A DNA stretch of 64,000 nucleotides. Source: a candidate division WWE3 bacterium (GTDB lineage: Bacteria > Patescibacteriota > WWE3 > 2-01-FULL-39-13). Made by a program: the position numbers and the translations under genes. The notes below the pieces were generated by a model that did not search any database, was not told where the DNA came from, and was given only the letters and a program-made list of their open reading frames with translations. Positions 52,159 through 61,742 of this stretch are shown here, piece by piece. Location of the stretch: positions 106,270-170,269 of the forward strand of contig CALRDH010000002.1 of assembly GCA_943354835.1 (NCBI GenBank). The letters are read 5' to 3'. Positions within the stretch are counted from its first letter, which is position 1. Each line of letters opens with the position of its first letter.

Positions 52159-53256
52159 TCACCTAACCACAACATCATGAGCGCCACTTTCGCGCATTCC
52201 TCCAGGCGTAATTTGTATGAACTTTGCCTTTTCCTGAAGCTCTTTTAGGTTCTTTGCTCCACAGTATGAAAATCCAGATCTAATTCCTGCGCAAAGTCCA
52301 TCAACAACGGACTCAAGTGAGCCTCGATATTCGACCATGCCTTCCACTCCTTCGATGTGGACTGTATATTTTTCACTTTTATCACTCGAATCTTTTTTAA
52401 CTTGGTTAACTTTTTCAGCTTTAGATGCGGATCCATTATAGTGTTTATATTTCTTACCATTAAATTCAAATATTTCGCCTGGGCATTCATCAGTTCCTGC
52501 AAATATAAAGCCAGAAACCGTTGCGCTTGCGCCAGTTGCGAGTGCTTTAACTATATCGCCGGAATTTTTGATGCCTCCACATGGCACAAATGTTTTATTA
52601 AATTCTTTTGCTGCTTTTGCCGTTTCTACAAGTGATGTAAACACTGGAACGCCACATCCTGTTTGAATTCTTGTTATGCAAATCGAACCTGATCCAACGC
52701 CAACAAATATACTATCTGCACCGGCTTCGTATAAATCTCTGGCACATTCATATGTTGCAGCAATTCCGCCAAAGATCGTTAAATCTGGTCCAAATTCGTG
52801 ACGTAGGTTTTTAATTGCTTCGATTGTTTGCTGCATATGACCATGTGCGACATCAACGTTAATTCCAATTGCACCAGCATTTACAAGAATTTTTGCTCGT
52901 TCCATATATCCGTTTTTTACACCTAACGAAACAACGATTTGTGCTTTTGATTTCACGATTTCAGAAACTTTATCTGCTTGAATTTCAATTGCGTCAAATC
53001 TAGGAAGAACTCCGATTCCTCCTAACTTATATATGGCCTTTGCCATTTCGACGCCGGTAATAGTATCCATATTAGTCGGAATCAAAGGAATTTTTAGTTT
53101 TAAATTCTTTGAAATAACGGTTGAAAGATCAACGTCTTTGCGAGATTTTATTTCAGAATATTGAGGTACAAGTAAAACATCATCTAACGAAAGTGCTAAA
53201 GGTAGATCGTAATTAACCACGAACTGAATCGTAATACAAAAGTTAAAAGATGGCAA
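52159..53256 (-). CDS. IMP dehydrogenase/GMP reductase family protein (no CBS insert)
   Basis: LDDVLLVPQYS N-terminus; catalytic loop GVGSGSICITR; about 365 aa; start codon uncertain. Confidence 0.8.
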   Translation of the reverse strand: MPSFNFCITIQFVVNYDLPLALSLDDVLLVPQYSEIKSRKDVDLSTVISKNLKLKIPLIPTNMDTITGVEMAKAIYKLGGIGVLPRFDAIEIQADKVSEIVKSKAQIVVSLGVKNGYMERAKILVNAGAIGINVDVAHGHMQQTIEAIKNLRHEFGPDLTIFGGIAATYECARDLYEAGADSIFVGVGSGSICITRIQTGCGVPVFTSLVETAKAAKEFNKTFVPCGGIKNSGDIVKALATGASATVSGFIFAGTDECPGEIFEFNGKKYKHYNGSASKAEKVNQVKKDSSDKSEKYTVHIEGVEGMVEYRGSLESVVDGLCAGIRSGFSYCGAKNLKELQEKAKFIQITPGGMRESGAHDVVVR

Positions 53257-53276
53257 ATTTTTCTATCTGTGATTTT

Positions 53277-53537
53277 TTAACCATATAATTCAGTATGCGA
53301 ACCAATCAGTACAAAAATAACAATCGCTTCACCTTTTTTTAGGTATAATGCTCTCAAATCGCCATTAACATTTAGGCTAAAATAACCTGAGAATTTACCT
53401 ATAAGTGGATGTACGTGTAGTTGAGGCGTCGACGGGTTTGAGAGAAATAACAATAAACGCTTATCGAATTGGACTTGAAATTTTTTCGGAAGCTTTTTGT
53501 ATTGTTTCTTAAATTGAGAAGTGTATTGAATAACCAT
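53277..53537 (-). CDS. RelE/ParE-family toxin
   Basis: 86 aa; RelE/StbE-like pattern with C-terminal H and Y; immediately downstream of the antitoxin. Confidence 0.6.
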   Translation of the reverse strand: MVIQYTSQFKKQYKKLPKKFQVQFDKRLLLFLSNPSTPQLHVHPLIGKFSGYFSLNVNGDLRALYLKKGEAIVIFVLIGSHTELYG

Positions 53538-53545
53538 ACCGACTT

Positions 53546-53815
53546 CTATTTTTTGAGATCAGTCAAAAAATCATTTGCATTATCGAACTTTTTGCTAACA
53601 TTGCCAGACTGCAAGTCAGCTTCTATGTCTGCAATAAGACTTTCAAGTTTTGGTGTCATTTGTTCTGGGGCATAAAGTTCAATCCTGCGTGTATACACAA
53701 CTTGTCGCAAATAAGCGGAAATTAGAGTGCCGAGTTTCAAACCAGCACTTTCTGCAACCTCTTGAGCCAAATTCTTAAGCTTTTTATCAATTCGAACACT
53801 AATTACGGTATTCAT
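53546..53815 (-). CDS. RelB/DinJ-family antitoxin (RHH)
   Basis: NTVISVRIDKKLKNLAQEVAESAGLKLGTLISAYLRQVV; start trimmed to internal Met. Confidence 0.55.
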   Translation of the reverse strand: MNTVISVRIDKKLKNLAQEVAESAGLKLGTLISAYLRQVVYTRRIELYAPEQMTPKLESLIADIEADLQSGNVSKKFDNANDFLTDLKK

Positions 53816-53953
53816 ACTACAAAATATATACTTTGTAGTTGCTTTGTCAAGGAGGCGAAAAATTGAACCCTTATCTCTTCCTTGGCGTTCTTTCAGAATA
53901 TCAGAATGAGCCAAAAAAGTTTTTATCAATTCAAAATATGCTAATATTTTTTT

Positions 53954-54367
53954 ATGTTTAGCGGAACAGCAATACTCGTTTGGTCAGAAAACCCAGATAA
54001 ATTAATGGAGTTTTACAGGGATGTTCTTGAATTAAAACTTGATGAGAAAACTGATATACCAGAAAAAAATGGTATTGCTTCTGACTATGGATATATGTTT
54101 TTTGTTTCTGAAAGCGGAGATAAAGTTTGGATTGGTCGTCATTCAGAAGTAAAAGGCGTTAGCAAAGAACCTATTCGCATAATGCACAATCTTTATACAG
54201 ATGATGTCGAGAAATGGTATGAAAAAATTAAAAAATCTGGATGCATAATTTTATGTGAACCAACTAAAACACCATTCTTCTCTGATTCATTACCTTGGTA
54301 TGTATCGACATTTTTAGACCCAGACGGCAATGCCTGGCAATTTATGGGAACACTAAGGAGTAGATGA
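53954..54367 (+). CDS. VOC/glyoxalase-bleomycin resistance family protein
   Basis: Beta-alpha-beta-beta-beta module pattern, 137 aa. Confidence 0.55.
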   Translation: MFSGTAILVWSENPDKLMEFYRDVLELKLDEKTDIPEKNGIASDYGYMFFVSESGDKVWIGRHSEVKGVSKEPIRIMHNLYTDDVEKWYEKIKKSGCIILCEPTKTPFFSDSLPWYVSTFLDPDGNAWQFMGTLRSR

Positions 54368-54401
54368 TGTATATATTGTAGCGAGTATAGTTATATCAAT
54401 A

Positions 54402-54998
54402 ATGCAAAAAGTACATAAAGTTATTATTATTCCTGGTCTTGGAGATGATACTCAGAAAGTCGAATGGGCTGTAAAAAACTGGAAGAATTACGGATTAGAA
54501 ACAGTAGTTCATGCTGTCGGTTGGCGAGATGGCGAAAATGATTTTGAACCCAAATTGCATAGAGTTACAGATATGATTGATCTTTTTGTAAAGCAAGGAA
54601 ACTTAGTTTCTTTAGTTGGAACAAGCGCTGGAGGAAGTGCTGTTTTAAATGCTTTCATGGATCGCAAAGATTCAATACATAAAGTTGTAAATGTATGCGG
54701 ACGTTTGCGTGTAGGACCAACTTCTGGTTTTCGATCTTTTGAAGCAAAAACACGCCCTAGTAAGCCTTTTGCGCAATCGGTAAAACTTTGTGAAAGTAGA
54801 CTTGAATCGCTATCTGAAATTGATCTAAAAAAAATAATGACAGTATGCCCAATGTTTGGAGATGAGGCCGTTCCTTCTGAAACCACGATTATACAAGGAG
54901 CCCTAAATACCAAAGTTCCAACCACAGAGCACATACTTAGTATCGCAGCAGCGCTAACAATATTTTCGAAGCGGATGATGCAATTTTTGATATACTGA
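54402..54998 (+). CDS. Alpha/beta hydrolase (lipase/esterase-like)
   Basis: Nucleophile elbow GTSAGG. Confidence 0.55.
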   Translation: MQKVHKVIIIPGLGDDTQKVEWAVKNWKNYGLETVVHAVGWRDGENDFEPKLHRVTDMIDLFVKQGNLVSLVGTSAGGSAVLNAFMDRKDSIHKVVNVCGRLRVGPTSGFRSFEAKTRPSKPFAQSVKLCESRLESLSEIDLKKIMTVCPMFGDEAVPSETTIIQGALNTKVPTTEHILSIAAALTIFSKRMMQFLIY

Positions 54999-55002
54999 AC
55001 TT

Positions 55003-55668
55003 ATGATTAAAGCAGTTCTCTTCGACATGAATGGCATCATTATTGATGATGAGCATATTCATGAAATGGCCTTCAAGGAAACAGTAAAACCATATGGAAT
55101 TGAAATGGATCATTCAACATATCTAAGTTGTTGTGCTGGACAAACAGATCGAGCTGGTTATGAACAAATAGCAAGCACTTTTTCTAAAAATTTACCCATT
55201 GATGATTTGCTTTTGCAAAAATCTCAAATGTATCTCAAATTATTTCCTGCTAATAAAAAAGATTATCCAAAAGTTATTGATCTTATTCATTCTTTGGCTA
55301 AAAACTTTACATTAGCATTAACTTCAAGTTCATCAAGAGCAGAAGTCGATTTAATTACGAAAGAATTCGATATCGATCATGAATTTAGTATAACTATTTC
55401 AGCGGATGACGCTACAAAAGGTAAACCAAATCCAGAACCTTATTTAATAACTGCTCAAAAGCTTAATCTCCAGACTAAAGAATGTGTTGTGATAGAAGAT
55501 TCTCATAGCGGAGTATTATCTGCAAAAGCAGCTGGGTGTTATTGTATCGGTGTAACTACAACTCACTCCAAAGAAGACCTAAAGGAAGCTGACCTTGTTG
55601 TTGGTGATTTTTCACAAATAAATACAGAAGTTATTCAAAAGCTTGCTTTTCAGAATAAATCAGATTAA
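55003..55668 (+). CDS. HAD-superfamily hydrolase (beta-phosphoglucomutase-like subfamily IA)
   Basis: Motif I LFDMNGIIID, motif III K, motif IV EDSHSG. Confidence 0.8.
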   Translation: MIKAVLFDMNGIIIDDEHIHEMAFKETVKPYGIEMDHSTYLSCCAGQTDRAGYEQIASTFSKNLPIDDLLLQKSQMYLKLFPANKKDYPKVIDLIHSLAKNFTLALTSSSSRAEVDLITKEFDIDHEFSITISADDATKGKPNPEPYLITAQKLNLQTKECVVIEDSHSGVLSAKAAGCYCIGVTTTHSKEDLKEADLVVGDFSQINTEVIQKLAFQNKSD

Positions 55669-55717
55669 TTCTAAGAAATAGAAGATACAAAAAAATTTCT
55701 GCAGAAACCAATCAATG

Positions 55718-56239
55718 TCACAGATCGCGAATATAACGGACTTCATTCAAATCAAAGCCATCTCTTTTTTCTGATTTTGTTTTGCCTTCTATCCTCCAAC
55801 CCTTTGATTCATACCATTTTCTTGTTTTTTCGTTAGTGTCGAGCACCCAAAGCGTGGCTTGTTTATATCCACTGTCTTTTAGATTTTGAAAAAGTTTTTC
55901 CATAAGTTTTGACCCAATACCTAGGTTTGTATACCCTGGCAAAACATAAATCCCATATAATTCTGCAATTGAAGTTTCATGCAAATCACTATCTCTATTG
56001 ACTCCTCCAGTAACCCAACCTGCAACAACATTATCAATATCAGCCACGTATGCAAAAGTATTCTCATAAGGATGCTCTAATTCTTTTTTCCATCCTTCAG
56101 TTCTATCCTCAACAGACATAGAATCCAAAAAACTATCTGGAATTTGCCCGCGATAGGCTTGTTGCCACATCTTTACATGCACTGTGGCTATTCCTTCTGC
56201 ATCATTTACATTAGCATCTCTAACGTTGACTTCTGTCAT
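55718..56239 (-). CDS. GNAT family N-acetyltransferase
   Basis: Acetyl-CoA binding QGLGIGSKLM; ORF-track N-terminus reads antisense through tRNA-Gly(GCC); start trimmed to MTEVNV. Confidence 0.7.
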   Translation of the reverse strand: MTEVNVRDANVNDAEGIATVHVKMWQQAYRGQIPDSFLDSMSVEDRTEGWKKELEHPYENTFAYVADIDNVVAGWVTGGVNRDSDLHETSIAELYGIYVLPGYTNLGIGSKLMEKLFQNLKDSGYKQATLWVLDTNEKTRKWYESKGWRIEGKTKSEKRDGFDLNEVRYIRDL

Positions 56240-56265
56240 ATAAAATATTCTATCAACTATATTTT

Positions 56266-56340
56266 TGGAGCGGGTAACGGGAATTGAACCCGTATCTCTT
56301 CCTTGGCAAGGAAGTATAATAACCGGTATACGATACCCGC
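56266..56340 (-). tRNA. tRNA-Gly(GCC)
   Basis: GCGGGTA...CTTCCTTGCCAAGGAAG...ACGGGTTCAATTCCCGTTACCCGCTCCA. Confidence 0.85.
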
Positions 56341-56394
56341 TCGTTTGTAGCCCTAATTTTACTATCACTTTTCTAAACCAGCAATGTTTATTGT

Positions 56395-56910
56395 CTAATA
56401 TTTCCCGATACCACTCATCATACGTAACCTAATATTTATATCATCAAATAACATAGGCAAATCTGGAGTCCATCCTACAAGTAATTTTGAAAGATCAGAC
56501 CTAGAACTGCTTCTCAAAATTCGTGGATGTACTTTCACTAGTATTTGAGTTGCTCCCATTCTGCAAGAAATATTTGATCCAGCATTAACGCAAACAAACG
56601 TCGCGAGTGGCCATTCTTCTGCTGTTGGACTTTTTTCATCTAGGAATTGAAATATACTCATAGGAACTCTAGCTATAGGATTTCCGGGTAAACTAGAGGG
56701 CAATTCTTGCCTTTGCCCAACTGCCATGGTGAATGGATATTGTATCAAATGTGAATCAAAATCAATGGAAGTTACCTTACCTGATTTTTCAAATCGATAA
56801 ACAAGACTGCCATTAGGAACTTCAACCTGTTGCGCAAATTCTAAAGCGGTAATCTCTGTAGTAGCAGTAACAGCAGTAACAGTTAATTCTTCTGTCTCTG
56901 TCATGGACAT
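56395..56910 (-). CDS. Hypothetical protein
   Basis: 171-aa ORF, no recognisable motif. Confidence 0.3.
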   Translation of the reverse strand: MSMTETEELTVTAVTATTEITALEFAQQVEVPNGSLVYRFEKSGKVTSIDFDSHLIQYPFTMAVGQRQELPSSLPGNPIARVPMSIFQFLDEKSPTAEEWPLATFVCVNAGSNISCRMGATQILVKVHPRILRSSSRSDLSKLLVGWTPDLPMLFDDINIRLRMMSGIGKY

Positions 56911-56961
56911 AGCGTGTAGTTGACGTCAAAGTCACAACTACAACGATATGTTGTAGAGTGG

Positions 56962-58419
56962 CTAAGCGCCAAAGAACTGATTATAAACAACTAACGCACT
57001 AAAAAGTCCAAAGAATGTGAATGCTGTGTATACAACGATTTTTCTAATTAATGATGGTCTGATTTCTTTTATCAAAAGTTTTGTGTTTAGTTTTATTAGG
57101 ATTCCTGAAAATACAAACATGCAAAATGCGTTAAGAACGGCACCTAAAACAATTAATGATTTTGGTTCGCTTGTTGCAAGAAGTAAGACTCCAGATCCAA
57201 ATAATATAAATGACCAAATTACTGTGTAGTAAATTTTTGGAATTTGTTTTCCTTTGTTGCGAATATTCGGCATTAAAAGAACTATATTTTCTGTAACTAT
57301 TCTTCCGCATGCATCGATTACAGAAAGTTGTGTTGAAAATAGCATTAATGAAGTGATGATTAAAATTAATGCTCCAAAAGTAGAACCAACCATTGATGAT
57401 ATAGCTTGAGCTTGATTATAGACAAAATTGATTCCTTCAGCATTATTGGGTTTACCGTAGGAAGTTACATATGCCAACAAAACCAACATAAAAATTGTAC
57501 TTAAACCCAAAAACCAAAAAACTATAAAATGCTCAATATTAACCATCTTCCACCATTTTTTAAATGTTTCGATTTGAGACTTATTTGCTTCGAATGTGCT
57601 TCCTTCTAATTGAATATCCTCTGTCTTTCCTGTAATTAGACTTGTAATTCTTCCGGAATACTTCCCCATTCCATAACCTTTTTCTTTAATGTAAAACGAT
57701 TGCGCAAGATTTAAATTTCCACCAGCACCAGAATATGCAAAAGCTGCTAAAAATGACATAAGCGGTAAACCCATTGGAATAAAATTGTATGAGCCTGGAC
57801 CGCAAGCTACACCATCTTTACATTGACTGCCTATGTGAATTCCGATTATCCCTTTAAATAAAGCGATTACGGCGTCTAGATCTACGATTGAAAGTACAAC
57901 ATACAGAATTAATGGAATCCCAAAAAAGATCAGAATTTTTTGATAAGTTTCTAACGTCTTATATAAAACTGGACCTAACGTTAGTATCGTTCCCGCCAGA
58001 AAAAGCATACCGACTGCAACAAGTGGTGTATTTGTAAGTCCAAAGGGTTTTAATACAGCAGCAGACGCGGCACTAAATCCTGGCCACGAAAAAGCAATTA
58101 TTGTAGATAGAATAAACCAAATCGGAATTTTTTTATAAAGCCTGGCAAAACCGACAAAAACACTTTCGCCGTTAGCGAGAGCGTATCGTTCGATTTCCAT
58201 ATTTAGAAAGAATTGGAAAGTAATTCCAAGAACTGCACCCCAAATAATTCCAAATCCCCAATTAGAAACTAAGTAAGGCCATAAAATAAGCTCACCTGTT
58301 CCAAGTCCAAGACCAAGAAGTATGAAACTCGGCCCTAAAAGCTTAAAAATAGATTTTGGAGGTTCGGGCAGAATGTTTTTTTGAAGACCTTTTATCTCCA
58401 TATAATGGGATACTATCAC
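56962..58419 (-). CDS. NRAMP-related divalent metal transporter
   Basis: About 11 TM helices; TM1 GPSFILLGLGLGTGE aligns with NRAMP GPGFL..DPGN region. Confidence 0.5.
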   Translation of the reverse strand: MIVSHYMEIKGLQKNILPEPPKSIFKLLGPSFILLGLGLGTGELILWPYLVSNWGFGIIWGAVLGITFQFFLNMEIERYALANGESVFVGFARLYKKIPIWFILSTIIAFSWPGFSAASAAVLKPFGLTNTPLVAVGMLFLAGTILTLGPVLYKTLETYQKILIFFGIPLILYVVLSIVDLDAVIALFKGIIGIHIGSQCKDGVACGPGSYNFIPMGLPLMSFLAAFAYSGAGGNLNLAQSFYIKEKGYGMGKYSGRITSLITGKTEDIQLEGSTFEANKSQIETFKKWWKMVNIEHFIVFWFLGLSTIFMLVLLAYVTSYGKPNNAEGINFVYNQAQAISSMVGSTFGALILIITSLMLFSTQLSVIDACGRIVTENIVLLMPNIRNKGKQIPKIYYTVIWSFILFGSGVLLLATSEPKSLIVLGAVLNAFCMFVFSGILIKLNTKLLIKEIRPSLIRKIVVYTAFTFFGLFSALVVYNQFFGA

Positions 58420-58438
58420 ATAGAAATTCTAGTGTCGC

Positions 58439-58909
58439 CTAAGTATATCTATCAGCAACTTTTGATGCGACGTAGCTATCTGGTTTTGTCACAACTTTGT
58501 ATCCGCTACTTTTGATCATTCCAACAACTTGAGCAATTATTTCTTTTGTTTTGCCATTATTTCCTACATCGACGTGGATTTCGAATGAGAAATTATGTGC
58601 ATTTCGTTTTTTAAGTTCATCTAAAAATGCAGAGGCGAATTCAAGTGACATTGCGGATTCTCTAAAAACTCGGTCGTAAAGTGAATGTCCGATTCCTGGT
58701 CTTTTGTGCCAAAAATAAATTCCGCCAAAACCTATTCGATGAACTAAAATTGCAGTTATATAATCAATATCTTGTCCCCCATTGTTTCCAGTCGAGTCTG
58801 TTCCGATTATAAAGCTATATCTGGCTGAAGAAACATCATCCATGTACTTCATGATCAACTCAACAGTCTTTTCAAATGTGATTGTTCCGTGAGTAACGCT
58901 GTGAAACAT
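58439..58909 (-). CDS. DUF458/YkuK-like RNase H-fold protein
   Basis: IIGTDSTGNNGG...YITAILVHRIG pattern. Confidence 0.45.
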   Translation of the reverse strand: MFHSVTHGTITFEKTVELIMKYMDDVSSARYSFIIGTDSTGNNGGQDIDYITAILVHRIGFGGIYFWHKRPGIGHSLYDRVFRESAMSLEFASAFLDELKKRNAHNFSFEIHVDVGNNGKTKEIIAQVVGMIKSSGYKVVTKPDSYVASKVADRYT

Positions 58910-58911
58910 GA

Positions 58912-59109
58912 TTAACCGATCGGAATCCCAAATGTTCTAAGAACATTGCGAATTATAGTCCAAGCCAACTTTAAAAGCATAATAAGAAAATTGAAAACGA
59001 CCTTAAGAACGCTTGCTAAAATAAATTCTGCTTTACGCATATATTTGTCTTGGTCTTGCTTTGCATCGTATTCACTTTGATATGAAATTTCCATATTGGG
59101 ATTATACAA
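58912..59109 (-). CDS. Small membrane protein (hypothetical)
   Basis: 65-aa ORF with one C-terminal hydrophobic helix. Confidence 0.25.
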   Translation of the reverse strand: MYNPNMEISYQSEYDAKQDQDKYMRKAEFILASVLKVVFNFLIMLLKLAWTIIRNVLRTFGIPIG

Positions 59110-59130
59110 TATAATGATAAAATGGTGACA

Positions 59131-59218
59131 TGCCGGGGTGGCGGAATGGCAGACGCGTCAGACTTAAAATCTGGTTTCCTTTATGGAAGTGCGGGTTCAA
59201 GTCCCGCCCCCGGCACCA
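59131..59218 (+). tRNA. tRNA-Leu(TAA)
   Basis: GCCGGGGTGGCGGAATGGCAGACGCG; anticodon loop CTTAAAA; long variable arm; CCA. Confidence 0.85.
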
Positions 59219-59238
59219 AATTCTCTTGTGAGAATTAT

Positions 59239-59315
59239 GCATCCGTAGCTCAACTGGATAGAGCGTTGGTCTTCGGAACCAAAGGTTAAAGGTTCAAATC
59301 CTTTCGGGTGCACCA
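59239..59315 (+). tRNA. tRNA-Arg(TCG)
   Basis: GCATCCGTAGCTCAACTGGATAGAGCG; anticodon loop CTTCGGA; CCA. Confidence 0.75.
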
Positions 59316-59386
59316 AAGGACTTGCTTGCTACTGCAAGCTTAGTCATTTGAGTACACTTAGTGTGTGCACCAAAGGTTTAAATTTC

Positions 59387-59461
59387 GGGCGCATAGCTCA
59401 ATGGTAGAGCAACTGGCTCTTAACTAGTAGGTTGCAGGTTCGAATCCTGCTGCGCCCACCA
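59387..59461 (+). tRNA. tRNA-Lys(CTT)
   Basis: GGGCGCATAGCTCAATGGTAGAGCA; anticodon loop CTCTTAA; CCA. Confidence 0.8.
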
Positions 59462-59685
59462 AAATTATTCCATAGCACTTGACGATTTATTGTCGTATTC
59501 CCCAAATGTCCATTTTTAAAATTTTCATTCAAACTTCGTAACACATTTATATACATCCAACCTATTTTGTTTTATTGGAGCCTATTAAGCTTAAGCACCT
59601 ATAAGTTTTACAAGATATCCCATAGTGCGTATAATGCATACATTCTTTCGCGACGCGCGAAATTAGACAAGGAGGTAGTTAATGA

Positions 59686-59853
59686 AATGGCAAGTTAAAT
59701 TTGCTGTATTAATTGCCGCAATCGCAGGGGTGATAGCAATTTCGTATGATCAGTCACTGGTCACAGTAATTGCTATCGTAATAGTCGGAATGCCAGTAGG
59801 TTATGGCATAATCCGGCTATCGGAGCTTATCGTTAAAAGGCTAAATCTATAAC
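59686..59853 (+). CDS. Small membrane protein (55 aa, below ORF-track cut-off)
   Basis: Strong RBS AAGGAGGTAG 7 nt before ATG; two hydrophobic helices. Confidence 0.3.
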
Positions 59854-59967
59854 TTAGCTGATTAGCGAAAGTTCTGCCCCCCCCTGACCTTTTGGGATAA
59901 GCATGTTCGCATGCATTTTTAAAAGGTCAGGGTAGTATTTTATACGCTATACTAAATAGTAATCATT

Positions 59968-60618
59968 ATGACCTTTAATATCATCACAATTTTTCCTTTC
60001 ATGTTTGATGGGATTTTTGATTTTGGAGTTGTCGCTAAAGGTGTTAAGTCTGATCTTTTAAAGATTAATATTCATAATTTGCGTGATTTTACGCATGATA
60101 AGCATAAGATTGTTGATGATCGTCCTTTTGGCGGTGGCGCTGGAATGGTTTTAAAGCCAGAGCCTTTATTTGAAGCAGTTGAATTTATAAAATCCAAATC
60201 AGAAAACGAAAATCCTCATGTAATTTATCTAACTCCACAAGGTAAAAAATTGACTCAAGAAAAATGCGAGCAACTTTCAAAAATGGAAAATCTTATTATC
60301 ATCTGTGGCAGATATGAAGGAATCGATCAGCGAATTCGAGATAATATTGTCGATGAGGAAATATCAGTTGGAGACTACGTTCTTTCAGGCGGAGAAATTC
60401 CAGCAATGACACTAATTGATGCGATATCAAGATTAGTTCCTGGAGTAATAAAAAACGAAGAATTCAACGACTCCGAATCATTTTCAAATAAAAACGACAG
60501 GACAAAACTTGACTACAAAGTGTATACTAGACCGGAAGAATTTCGCGGACACAAAGTGCCAGAAGTACTACTTAGTGGAAACCACGCTGAAATAAAAAAA
60601 GCGAGGGAGGAGAAATAA
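59968..60618 (+). CDS. trmD: tRNA (guanine37-N1)-methyltransferase
   Basis: N-terminus MTFNIITIFPFMFDG and SPOUT knot region GGGAGMV, YEGIDQR. Confidence 0.9.
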   Translation: MTFNIITIFPFMFDGIFDFGVVAKGVKSDLLKINIHNLRDFTHDKHKIVDDRPFGGGAGMVLKPEPLFEAVEFIKSKSENENPHVIYLTPQGKKLTQEKCEQLSKMENLIIICGRYEGIDQRIRDNIVDEEISVGDYVLSGGEIPAMTLIDAISRLVPGVIKNEEFNDSESFSNKNDRTKLDYKVYTRPEEFRGHKVPEVLLSGNHAEIKKAREEK

Positions 60619-60620
60619 AT

Positions 60621-60860
60621 ATGAGCCAAAATAATAATGAGTTAATTGAATGGGGAAAAGCTCTTCAAGAGACAACTCAGTGGATGGCACAGGATGAAGG
60701 AAATGGAGAATTAGGACTTAACGCTGAATCTTCCCTTGTAGAATTGAATGCAGCTATAAATGAAGCAACAAACGGTAATTTAGCAAAGCTATTATTAATA
60801 CGCGAACAATTTGATTCACCGGAAAGTAGGCTGGAAGTCGAAGCAATAAAACATTTATAA
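60621..60860 (+). CDS. Small hypothetical protein
   Basis: 79-aa ORF, 3 nt after trmD stop. Confidence 0.3.
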   Translation: MSQNNNELIEWGKALQETTQWMAQDEGNGELGLNAESSLVELNAAINEATNGNLAKLLLIREQFDSPESRLEVEAIKHL

Positions 60861-60880
60861 ACCAATAGATAAATTAAACT

Positions 60881-61261
60881 TTAGTAATCTTCCAACACAC
60901 CTTCATTAACATCATAATAGCCATAAGCTTGATATTCGTATTCGCGTTCATCAAATCGTATTTCAGCTCTTTTGCTTACATATAAACCGATTTCTTCACT
61001 GTTTCCGACATTCACAAAAAAACGTCCTAATGATATTCGGCCTTGAGGCGTCCGTGGAGCCCTTGCAACAAACATAAAGTACAGTGTCTCATTCACACGA
61101 TCAGCATTGCCAGAGAATAATTGACTACAACCACCTCGGGGCTCAAATGGAGTCACTTGGATGCTTAAAGCAGGACTTATTGTATTTGCAATAGCGTTTA
61201 ACTTTGTAGATAAAATATCTGTAAGAGTAAATACATTTAATCCTTCTTCTTCAGCAGACAT
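60881..61261 (-). CDS. Hypothetical protein
   Basis: 126-aa ORF in tandem with 61268..61687. Confidence 0.3.
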   Translation of the reverse strand: MSAEEEGLNVFTLTDILSTKLNAIANTISPALSIQVTPFEPRGGCSQLFSGNADRVNETLYFMFVARAPRTPQGRISLGRFFVNVGNSEEIGLYVSKRAEIRFDEREYEYQAYGYYDVNEGVLEDY

Positions 61262-61267
61262 TTGAAT

Positions 61268-61687
61268 TTATAATTTGGCAGATGAATGAGAATAGCCTTT
61301 TACTATCCGTAGTATGCCGTTTATTTGTTGCACGTTTATCTCTTGATTATCATCAACCGGTGAAAGCCCGTATGGCCTAGCACAAAGACCTACTTGTGTA
61401 AAAAATGGTATAAGATTCTGTACCCGATTGTCGTTACTTGGTAATTGAACACCAACCCCAATTTGTGCGAGCGTATTTGCTCCAAATAACTTTTGCAAAA
61501 TGCTTCTATTTTCATCTGGTAAAAGATCCTCTATATTAATTCCGCCGGGAGATGATCTAATGAACAATTCATCGTCATTAATATACCAATTGATAGCCAT
61601 TGTATGGACTTCTCCAGAAAACCCGGATAATAATTTTTCCATGTAAAAAGGTCCGTCTGATGTAAATGGTATCGGGTCGTAAATCAT
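61268..61687 (-). CDS. Hypothetical protein
   Basis: 139-aa ORF. Confidence 0.3.
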   Translation of the reverse strand: MIYDPIPFTSDGPFYMEKLLSGFSGEVHTMAINWYINDDELFIRSSPGGINIEDLLPDENRSILQKLFGANTLAQIGVGVQLPSNDNRVQNLIPFFTQVGLCARPYGLSPVDDNQEINVQQINGILRIVKGYSHSSAKL

Positions 61688-61742
61688 TGCGCTGAATTAT
61701 ACACAATCAATAGGGTTTTTCAATATTTGCTAATATGTCTGA

